Source of the DNA: Longimicrobiales bacterium
Lineage (GTDB): Bacteria > Gemmatimonadota > Gemmatimonadetes > Longimicrobiales > Gaopeijiaceae
Reading direction: 5' to 3'
NCBI GenBank assembly: GCA_965204735.1
Contig: OZ242008.1
Coordinates: forward strand, 96,001-160,000
Length of the DNA stretch: 64,000 nt
Shown here: positions 29,838-37,956 of the stretch, piece by piece
How positions within the stretch are numbered: position 1 is the first letter of the stretch
Layout: each line of letters begins with the position of its first letter
Notes under the pieces: generated by a model
The model's input: only the letters and a program-made list of their open reading frames with translations
What the model was told of the DNA's origin: nothing
Database searches by the model: none
Program-made: the position numbers and the translations under genes

Positions 29838-31427
29838 TCAGGGCAGGCCGCTAGTCAGTCCGGCCCTCGCGAGAGAAAACGGGAACAAGTACTCATAGAA
29901 GAACCATGCAAGGTTGTAATTCGCCCACATGTTTTCCAGTGGGTATTGATCGGGGGCATCATTCGTTGGTCCATAACGATCCAACTCCACCCTAGCAGCC
30001 CGTGGCAAAACTGCTTGGCGCGGAACGCCGGGAATTGGGCGGAGGCGGGCGTCCAGCGGAGCCCCGAACGACGCGAATGCCGGGAATTGGGCCCGGAGAG
30101 CCCCCGAGAGGCCGCAGAACGCCCTGAGAGGGCCAAAATGGCCCCGAAATCGGCGTAAAACAGTGGACGCAGCCCCTGCCAAGCAGGAATCGAGCACAGC
30201 TTGCGCTGTGGCGGGGCGGCCCTGCAGGCCCCGAGGCGTGCCGACTCCGAAGCGTTTTCGCATCAGCAGCCCCAGGTTGAAGGCGGCGACGTGAATCAGC
30301 ATCCGCTTTCGGATCTCCTCCTGGCCTCGGACGTGCACACGCCGCATCCCGCCCGTCACCAGCAGGTGCGCGAACGTCCGCTCCAGCTTCTCGCCCCGCA
30401 GCCGCAGCAGCCACTTGCCGCGCTCTCCCCGTATCCGCCTCCGGTTCGCGTAGACCTGCTTCCTCGCGTCCTTTGCCTGCTTCCAGTTCCGGCGGCCTCG
30501 GGCGGGCTCGCTCACGTAACTGCGCAGCCCCCGCCCCGCGACCTCCTCCATCGTCTTGTTCGAGTGGTAGCCCTTGTCGCACACCACTTCCGCCGCCTCA
30601 CCACCCAACTCCGCCAGCTGCTCCGCCGCTTCGTCCAGCGTCTCCGCCAGCGACGCCACGTCGCCCCCGTCGGTCGTCTGAACCGTCACCCCCACCACCG
30701 CGCCCGACTCCAGGTCCACCGCCTGCTCCAGCTTGTGCGCCAAGTGCGTGCGACCGTCCTTCATCTTCGCGATCCGCGCCTCCGGGTCGCCCAGATGCAC
30801 CCACTCCGCATTCGATCCCTTCTTCGACCGCTTCCGGTCCAGCTTCGCCAACTCCTCCCGCGTCGGCGTCTCGATCCCCGACGCCCGCGCCAACTCGCGC
30901 AGCCACTCCTCGTAGCTCGTGCCCTCGTCGCGCCGCACGATCGACCGCATCGCCGCGTTCGCCTCCAGCGTCGTCGAGTCCACGCCCAGCGTGCCGCCGC
31001 TCAGCAGCCCCGAGTCGTCCAACAGCTTCAGCGCCCGGGCGAACACCGCCACGTGCGCCTCCAAGCTCAGCCGCTTGCGCGTCCTCGACAGGCTCGAATG
31101 GTCCGGCGGGTTCTTCGTCAGCCCGTAGCCCAGGAAGTCGCGCAGCGACAACGAGTCCTTGCACCGCCACGCGATGCCCCGCTCCGACCCGATCCCTTCC
31201 AGGTACCCCACCATCATCATGCGGAAGTACACGCCGGGGGGTATGCCGGGCCTGCCCACGTTGCCCGCGTAGAACTCCTGGCACAGGTCCTCGGTGAACT
31301 CGTCGAAGCCGCTCTCGCCCAGCAGCCCGTTCAGAGCCCGATAGAACGGGTTCTCCGCCGCGCTGATCTCGCTGGTCGCCACGAACAGCGCCTGCTCCGG
31401 CGCGCTCCGCTGCCTGCCCATCGCCAT
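29838..31427 (-). CDS. DDE transposase (DUF772 + DDE_Tnp_1); reads through the IS end into the target gene
   Basis: GRPGIPP..YFRMM...SERGIAW, PDHSSLSR, VDSTTLEANA, CDKGY, ERTFAH. Confidence 0.9.
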   Translation of the reverse strand: MAMGRQRSAPEQALFVATSEISAAENPFYRALNGLLGESGFDEFTEDLCQEFYAGNVGRPGIPPGVYFRMMMVGYLEGIGSERGIAWRCKDSLSLRDFLGYGLTKNPPDHSSLSRTRKRLSLEAHVAVFARALKLLDDSGLLSGGTLGVDSTTLEANAAMRSIVRRDEGTSYEEWLRELARASGIETPTREELAKLDRKRSKKGSNAEWVHLGDPEARIAKMKDGRTHLAHKLEQAVDLESGAVVGVTVQTTDGGDVASLAETLDEAAEQLAELGGEAAEVVCDKGYHSNKTMEEVAGRGLRSYVSEPARGRRNWKQAKDARKQVYANRRRIRGERGKWLLRLRGEKLERTFAHLLVTGGMRRVHVRGQEEIRKRMLIHVAAFNLGLLMRKRFGVGTPRGLQGRPATAQAVLDSCLAGAASTVLRRFRGHFGPLRAFCGLSGALRAQFPAFASFGAPLDARLRPIPGVPRQAVLPRAARVELDRYGPTNDAPDQYPLENMWANYNLAWFFYEYLFPFSLARAGLTSGLP

Positions 31428-31511
31428 TGCCGTCCTCCTTCGAGAGGTTCGTCGCGTCCCTCTAACCTAACCAAACTGGAGCGCCAGCGCAGGGACTTTT
31501 GCCACAGGCTG
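29996..31511 (-). mobile_element. 1516-bp insertion sequence (IS1182/IS5-like)
   Basis: Terminal inverted repeats CAGCCCGTGGCAAAA / TTTTGCCACAGGCTG, flanked by CTAG at 29992-29995 and 31512-31515. Confidence 0.92.
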
Positions 31512-32565
31512 CTAGTTGTCTTTTTCAGCTCCTCGTCAAACCACCCGGCACCATAGGTTCTTGCATCATGGTCAAAGAGACACAGCCGATCGTCAGGAAG
31601 TATTCTCTTGACATCCATGAGCCACTTCATCGACGCAGTTCCAAAAAAAGCCAGATCGTCGTTGGTGTACGTTCCATCTTTCAAGGCGGGGCGCGGCGGT
31701 AGGACGTCGGCTAGGTGGCGGCGACGCGTACGTGTTTCGTCCACAATCTTTCCAAAGGTATCGGCCTCAGTCCGTATCTGCTTTTGAAGCGTCTCTGGCA
31801 GATCATTGAAGAGATCGTCAAGGCTGTGAGTGTCCAGCCAGCTTGGACACATACCTTCTCGCAAGAGAGTGTGGGCCTTCATCGCCTTCAGCACTCCCTC
31901 TATGGCATAGTGCATCCCTGCCCCAATAAATCGATCCAATGTAATCGGATCGAAGGATCGTTGCACGAGACGGCCAACCTCATGTCTCTGCAAGAGATCT
32001 TGCAAGTCTGGTGCCTTTCCTGTTAATTCGAGGTCGAACAGTCCTCGATCTCGCCGCTCAACACGACAGAGACGTGCCTGACAATACCACTGGTGACCAC
32101 GACGCCATAGGTTGAGATCCTCGGCCCAATGCCCCCCGGTGGGATAGACCAGCCGGCAAGCTTGCCACCTCCTCTCTTTTGAGTCGCGTGACATTCCCAA
32201 GAAACCAACGTAAAGACGAGAGCGAAGGTACCCAATCCATTCGCCATCCGCACCAGGCAATTCATCATACGCTTCTTTGTCCAGAACGGTCAAATTACCC
32301 AGGCTGTTGGCTCTTGCCGGAACAGCATGTACTGGTACAACGACATCCTCTGCAAGAGATACGGTTCTCATTGTGATCCCCAAACCATGCTCCGATCCAC
32401 CAGTGGCTTGGCCTTTGACCTGTTCGTCGGCCACGACGGCGCGGTGGAGGAGCTCCGCTCGTACGGTGTCGAGCAATTGGGTAGCACCAGAGCGGTCACC
32501 AGCAGCCAAGAGCTCCTGTGCATTCTTCAACACATTAGCCATCTCACGATGTGTCATTTTGAATC

Positions 32566-33951
32566 TCACCTTTCTGCCTTCTCCAGTTCGACCCCTTCTT
32601 CGGACGCCTCCGGTCCAGCTTCGCCAACTCCGCGCGCGTCGGCGTCTTGATCCCCGACGACCGCGCCAGCTCCCGCAGCCGCTCCTCGCAGCCCGTGTCC
32701 CCGTCCCGACGCACGATTGAGCGCATCGCCGCGTTCACCTCCAAAGTCGTAACCGACTTTCTCGATCTGCCGCCACAACAGCTCGCATATATGGTTGACG
32801 ACATCTCGAGACATTACTTGCATGGCCTGCAAGGTATCCCAACTGACATCTATGGCCTCGCGATGCGTGGCCATGTTTCGTAGAATCCTAATTGCATCAT
32901 ACCAACCAGCAAGTTGCGCATCCGGCTTGTTTTTCTCAATCCAGTGGGTCACCTTACTTGGAATATTCCATTGGGAAGTCGTGTTGTGCATCAGTTCACG
33001 TTGTTCCCTCTGTTTCCCATGACTCTTTCCATGCGGCCACTTTTCATCGAGGGCCGCCACGATCGATCGAAGGATCGTATGTCCTTCAACAACAGTTGGG
33101 ATAGAATGCGTAATTGTTCTCAATCGCATCCATTCCATTATGAGGCTTTTCAGTTGGCCATGCATCTGTAGAGCACGCCAGAACACTGGGAAATATCTCT
33201 CGGGGTTTTCGGAATTGTCCATGTATTCTCTGAATCCATGCTCGTGAACCTTGATGTCGTGTAGGTGCGACTTGCTGTCGACAACTGTTCGTATGTACAC
33301 TGTATCGCCGGTATCATAACCCTTACGCACTATGCGATTACTCCTGTGCACTCCCATCCATGGTATACTTACTGGCGTCGATTGGACTGCCGTAAGGTAC
33401 AACTCAACCAACGACACGAAATCTTCGGGATTTTGTGCTGGACCCAAAACGGTACCATGGACAATACCGCCAGGCGTGTTGGCTATTTGACATGTCCAAT
33501 CACCTTGAGCAAGTTCAATATCTCCGATTCGCCCCAATACGAGGATATCGTATTTCGACTGCCATTCGTCAATTTGGAGACGTCGCGGAAACATAATGCG
33601 ATACGATGGGTTATGACCCCCAAACCCATGACACGGTCTGTCGTCGAAGCCCGATTGCGCACCCCAGCGAAATTGTTCTCCATTCGGGAACTTATAGTAG
33701 TATCTGTTGTTTCCGATATCAAGTCTGTCGAGAAATAGTGTCGCCACAATGCGATGAGCATTGGATAGCCGAATGTCAATTTGGAACTCTCCGTTCGGCG
33801 TCGGTACAAGATTACATCGTTCCGGCCAACTGCTACTGTCGTGGTCCACGTCAACCTGTTTCTCGAATACCAACAGATCATTGGTTCGATACCATCCATT
33901 TCTGGTGCTGTCGAAAAACCACTTGGACGACAGGTGTTCGATAAAGCTCAT
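32566..33951 (-). CDS. AT-rich hypothetical protein with C-terminal HEPN RxxxxH motif (ApeA-like architecture)
   Basis: AAGGAG RBS and IRILRNMATH motif near the C-terminus. The tail is encoded out of frame by the IS fragment. Confidence 0.65.
   Translation of the reverse strand: MSFIEHLSSKWFFDSTRNGWYRTNDLLVFEKQVDVDHDSSSWPERCNLVPTPNGEFQIDIRLSNAHRIVATLFLDRLDIGNNRYYYKFPNGEQFRWGAQSGFDDRPCHGFGGHNPSYRIMFPRRLQIDEWQSKYDILVLGRIGDIELAQGDWTCQIANTPGGIVHGTVLGPAQNPEDFVSLVELYLTAVQSTPVSIPWMGVHRSNRIVRKGYDTGDTVYIRTVVDSKSHLHDIKVHEHGFREYMDNSENPERYFPVFWRALQMHGQLKSLIMEWMRLRTITHSIPTVVEGHTILRSIVAALDEKWPHGKSHGKQREQRELMHNTTSQWNIPSKVTHWIEKNKPDAQLAGWYDAIRILRNMATHREAIDVSWDTLQAMQVMSRDVVNHICELLWRQIEKVGYDFGGERGDALNRASGRGHGLRGAAAGAGAVVGDQDADARGVGEAGPEASEEGVELEKAER
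32583..32750 (-). mobile_element. Degenerate internal fragment of the same IS family transposase
   Basis: TTLEVNAAMRSIVRRDGDTGCEERLRELARSSGIKTPTRAELAKLDRRRPKKGSN aligns with the transposase segment at ~30810-30975. Confidence 0.88.
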
Positions 33952-34017
33952 CTTCTCTCCTTGCTGTTGGGTGTAGAGCGACAATCAAGATGGGACGCTC
34001 AGGATCCTGTGACGAGA

Positions 34018-34046
34018 ACGATAGGAGCGGAAGGGGAGCGGGTCAA
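34018..34046 (-). promoter_or_regulatory. Sigma70-like promoter for the antisense HEPN operon
   Basis: TTGACC-17 nt-TATCGT on the minus strand, ~65 nt upstream of ATG 33951. Confidence 0.6.
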
Positions 34047-34199
34047 GGCAGGGGCTTGGGCGGCTGCAGAGCGAGGCCACGGAGGGGTGCTCGGCTGGCC
34101 GACCCGGCCTGGGACCCCCGGAATTCGGGATCGTTCAAGGGACTCCGTCCTGTCGCGGCAGGGGGTAGCGTCGCCAAACCAACCGTGGAGGCGCGTTCG

Positions 34200-34540
34200 G
34201 CGGCGACCCGCTCCGGGCTCGGGCGGACGCTACGGCGAGCGGTCAGTTCGGGCACCGGCGGGGCGTGGGCGTCCCGCACCGTGGTGGTCGCCTTGCGCCG
34301 CCGCTGGCTCGCGCCCTCGATCCCTTCCTCCCGCATGAGGTGGCGGCCAATCCGCTTGGGTACCAGCCGTTCGCTCCACGCCCTGAGTCGGTGTGGATGT
34401 GGGTCCTGTCTTAGGTCCGGCGGCTGGCCTCCCAGCTCTCGCGCACCTAAAACGCGGAGCGCGGCGTCGCGGCGTGCCCGGGCGGAAGAAACGGTTGCTC
34501 GACCCAAGCGTAGCAACCGCTCATGGAGACACCGATGACG
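34200..34540 (-). mobile_element. IS3-family transposase (OrfB N-terminal) remnant
   Basis: SARARRDAAL...KRIGRHLMREEGIEGASQRRRKATTTVRD..APPVPEL..R, frameshifted and lacking the DDE core. Confidence 0.7.
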
Positions 34541-34700
34541 CGGCACATGGCGCGGAAGGTAGGGCTTGATTGCTGAATCCGGTTTGCCCACCTTCTCCAC
34601 ACAATACCAGACGCCGAACCCAACACGCGGGAGGAGACGTGAGTATCGATCCTGGTAGCGACACCGCGGCCCAGCGGCCCACACCGGAAAAGATGTGAAT

Positions 34701-35090
34701 ATGAAGTTCGTGTCGATCAAGGTCAACGGGGCACAGATTCAGGTATCCGAACGTGTTACGGTCCGAGAGATTGTCGAGAGGGCAAGCGAGGCTGGCGCGA
34801 TTTCAGGCGTTATCCGAGGAATATGTTTATTGAAAGGGTCGAGACGGTGGGCGAGCATGGCCTTAAGGAAGTAATCGATCGAAGTTCAGGAGCTAGAAGA
34901 ATTCATGGCGGTCCCGGTCGGCAAGACCGCGGTCGCGACACTGGCAGGCAATTCGCGAGAGAATACGGGAAGAGCTTGGGGCCCTGGGATATCCGTCCCG
35001 TGTTGTGACGGGCGATACTTCAGGCGGATCACAAACGGTCGTAGTATTCGAATATCGAGTGCTTACCGGTCGTTTCAAGGACACTACTAG
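34701..35090 (+). pseudogene. Frameshifted ubiquitin-like gene plus truncated E2-like gene (putative)
   Basis: Manual frame-stitching gives MKFVSIKVNGAQIQVSERVTVREIVERASEAGAISGVI/EEYV/IERVETVGEHGLKEVI/EVQELEEFMAVPVGKTAVA, then IRERIREELGALGYPS...VVVFEYRVLTGRFKD. Confidence 0.45.
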
Positions 35091-35106
35091 ACAGGAGACG
35101 GGTACA

Positions 35107-36348
35107 TTGACCAAGAGCGAACTGTTCGACATGCTGCGCAACGGCGAGGACTCGCTAGTCGAGTTCATGAGGGACGACGTTCGCAACATCCACGTGGCCA
35201 AAAAGTTGGTTGCGTTTCTCAATCTGGATGGTGGGACGCTGTTGCTCGGAGTGGAGGACGATGGAAGCATTTCGGGCGTGACTCGATCGCGGATCGAGGA
35301 ATGGATGGGAGAGCTGTGTCGAGTCAAGATCGCACCGCCTGTGGTGCCAGTGATGCAATGGGTACGGGGTGCTGAGGAAGGCAAGGACGTGTTGGCGGTT
35401 CGGGTATCGGCTGGACCCGAAAAACCTTACGCCCGTATCCACAACAACCGCAGGACGTACTACATTCGCGTGGGCAGCAGCTGCCGGGAGGCAAGCCGCG
35501 AGGAGCTCGGACGCATGTACCAGGCGTCGGGATACCTGCGTCACGGCTTGCGGCCGGTGTCGGGCGCAGACCTCGGTGCGTTTGATCGGCGGCGCCTTCG
35601 GGACTATTGCTCGCGACTGCTTGGGGCCGACCTTCCGCACGACGACGATCGGAACGGCTGGGAGCGATTGCTGACGAACCTGGAGCTAATGACCGAGTCT
35701 GGGGGCGTGCATGTAGCCACGGTGGACGGCTTGCTCCTCTTTGGTCGGACGCCGACGCGCTACTTGTCGCAGGCCGGGGTTCGAGCAGTGTGCTATGCAG
35801 GGACCGAGCCGGAGTACGCGACGCGGGCGGACGAAGTCTTGCACGGGCCAATGGTGCCGCTGGGTTTCGGCAAGGACGGTCCGATCGAGAACGGGTTGGT
35901 CGAACAAGTATGGGACTTTGTCAGGCGCAATACCATGCCCACGGCTCGCTTGGAAGGCGCTCGCCGTATCGACGGATGGGAGTTTCCGGAGGTGGTCCTC
36001 CGTGAAGTGCTCGTGAATGCGCTGGTTCACCGGGACTACAGCATCGCGGGAACTGATGTTGCCGTGGCCATTTACGCTGACCGAATGGAGGTGGAGAGTC
36101 CCGGCGGTTTGCCGAACACTGTGACGGTCGAAAGGATGAAGGCAGGCGTGCGCTACGCTCGCAACCAGACGCTGGTGAACGTGATGCGAGACTACGGATA
36201 CTTGGATGCGCGAGGCATGGGCGTCCGGATGAAGATGATTCCCGGCATGAGGGCTCACAACGGAACGGAACCAGATCTGGTAGCAGAGGAGCATCGCTTC
36301 ACGGTTCGCCTGTGGAAGACAGCAACGCAGCCGGAAGGCGAGGGATGA
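35107..36348 (+). CDS. Schlafen/AlbA_2 domain + HATPase_c_4 ATP-binding protein
   Basis: AGGAG RBS and TTG start. Motifs NGEDSLVEF..D, VAFLNLDGGTLLLGVEDDG, REVLVNALVHRDYS, DRMEVESPG, RNQTL, GMG. Confidence 0.88.
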   Translation: MTKSELFDMLRNGEDSLVEFMRDDVRNIHVAKKLVAFLNLDGGTLLLGVEDDGSISGVTRSRIEEWMGELCRVKIAPPVVPVMQWVRGAEEGKDVLAVRVSAGPEKPYARIHNNRRTYYIRVGSSCREASREELGRMYQASGYLRHGLRPVSGADLGAFDRRRLRDYCSRLLGADLPHDDDRNGWERLLTNLELMTESGGVHVATVDGLLLFGRTPTRYLSQAGVRAVCYAGTEPEYATRADEVLHGPMVPLGFGKDGPIENGLVEQVWDFVRRNTMPTARLEGARRIDGWEFPEVVLREVLVNALVHRDYSIAGTDVAVAIYADRMEVESPGGLPNTVTVERMKAGVRYARNQTLVNVMRDYGYLDARGMGVRMKMIPGMRAHNGTEPDLVAEEHRFTVRLWKTATQPEGEG

Positions 36349-36821
36349 GAGGATGGGCAACGCTGCGCAGGCGGGCCGCCGCCAAGTTCCCGGACGCCCG
36401 GCCATGGCCGCCGTAGGGCCTGCCCTAGGGCTCGATCCAGTCGGCGGACGGTCGCCACTTGCTCTTACATGTGGGCATGCGATCGACCACGGCGTCATCC
36501 ATTCGGCGCGCTCGGGGGCGGCCGGCCCTTGGTCTCGAGCCACGGATTGCGGCCCCTCGGCCACCGGCCACCCTGGACCGTCGCCGCGCTCTCCCGTCTC
36601 CGACAGTAGCGACCTGGTCTGGGAACGACGCCTCACGGGAGCATATGGCCGAACCCGCTGGAGGTGGTCTTGGCCGATGCATGGGACCGGTTGCGTCGGC
36701 GCGACCAGAGACGGGGCTTCCGTCGGACCCCCTTGCGCTGCCGAGGTCGTCTGTGTTATGGTTCAACTTCCGTAGCTAGGCCGAGCCCATCGGTGCCCTG
36801 ATTCCCACATGTGGACCCTCC

Positions 36822-37481
36822 ATGACCCCTTCCAGATCAGACATCGTCCTGGCCGCCATGGTGCCGGCTCCCTGCGACATCTGGTTCGACCCGGTCCGGG
36901 CGCAGAAGCTGTTGTTCTTGATCGACAAGGAGATTCCTACGTTGGTCGGCGGTCCACACTTCAACTTCCAGCCGTACAACTACGGTCCGTTTGATATTAA
37001 CGTGTACTTGGAACTAGAAGCACTGACGGAAGGTTCCTGTGTACATACCGACCGCAGGTTGCGTCACCTTCGGTATAGGCTAACTGGCAAGGGTCTTGCC
37101 CGCGGCACCACGGTAATGGCGAATATTCCAGACAGGGCATCACGCTTCATTGAACGAGCCTGTGAGTGGATGTTGGTCACCTCCATTAGCGACTTGCTCT
37201 CCGCGATCTATCGGCGGTACCCAGAAACGGCGGTCAACATTTCGGCACGTCAGCCAGTTGCTAGGCCCAATCGCCGAAACAGGCAATCGGCAACCACTGC
37301 TTTCCTGACCGGACTGGCCAGAAGCATTGATTACGTGGGACTGCTTGACGAGCGTCCTGCTCGCACCGATAGTAGTGTCAGCGAGGCAATAGGCGAGGCG
37401 TGGCGACGCACGGGTGATCATCTCAGAATGGCCATGGAGCAGTGTGCACCGCAGGAAGTCAGAAGTGGCCAAGACACCTAG
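36822..37481 (+). CDS. Panacea(DUF4065)/YwgA-like wHTH protein with a fused C-terminal helical domain
   Basis: AQKLLFLID, FQPYNYGPF..VY.ELEAL, YRLTGKG, IYRRYPE. Confidence 0.65.
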   Translation: MTPSRSDIVLAAMVPAPCDIWFDPVRAQKLLFLIDKEIPTLVGGPHFNFQPYNYGPFDINVYLELEALTEGSCVHTDRRLRHLRYRLTGKGLARGTTVMANIPDRASRFIERACEWMLVTSISDLLSAIYRRYPETAVNISARQPVARPNRRNRQSATTAFLTGLARSIDYVGLLDERPARTDSSVSEAIGEAWRRTGDHLRMAMEQCAPQEVRSGQDT

Positions 37482-37941
37482 GAAAAATGCCGAAATAGAA
37501 GGCGCACGTGACAACGTGTCCGAACTTGCTGTGTCGGGAAAAGCGACGACCAGCACCGCACTTGACGATCAGAAAGCCGAAGCAGTTGTCAAACTTGTTC
37601 ATCTGGCTACTCAAGAGACCATCACAGTTCACTCCGGTCCACTTCCGTCTCCAGCAACTCTGGATCAGTACGAGAAGGTTGTACCTGGACTGGCCGATCG
37701 CATCGTTTCCATGGCCGAAAGTGAGGCCAGCCACACGCGTAGATTACAATCCGCTGGTCAGTATAGTGGTATTGTAATCGTGCTTGTGACTCTTGCGTTG
37801 GTGTTCTTCGAGAAGTCGGGAGCACCAGCAGTTGCCATGACTGCGCTTGTCTCGTTGGCCGGTATATTTGTCTTCGCGAGGCTTCGCGTACGGCGTGACC
37901 GTGCTGCCGGATTGCCCTCGTCGGAAGAGCCGAATCGCTAG
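37465..37941 (+). CDS. DUF2335 membrane protein
   Basis: HSGPLPSPATLDQYEKVVPGLADRIVSMAE.E..H followed by two TM helices. Confidence 0.82.
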   Translation: MAKTPRKNAEIEGARDNVSELAVSGKATTSTALDDQKAEAVVKLVHLATQETITVHSGPLPSPATLDQYEKVVPGLADRIVSMAESEASHTRRLQSAGQYSGIVIVLVTLALVFFEKSGAPAVAMTALVSLAGIFVFARLRVRRDRAAGLPSSEEPNR

Positions 37942-37956
37942 ACCTGGGCCCGCAGC

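Larger units (their letters stand above)
29838..32557 (-). pseudogene. HEPN-domain protein (399 aa when reconstructed) interrupted by an IS
   Basis: Removing the IS plus one CTAG (1520 nt) leaves 1200 nt in frame: ...EELKKTT|RVELDRYG...GLP*. HEPN-like motifs HYAIEGVLKA, THSLDDLF and DRY. SD AAGGTGA precedes ATG 32557. Confidence 0.75.

Noticed and set aside
29815..37956. Remnant of brxHII helicase
   Set aside because: No DEAH/SNF2 motifs were found in the listed frames, including the unassigned 36350-36820 gap.
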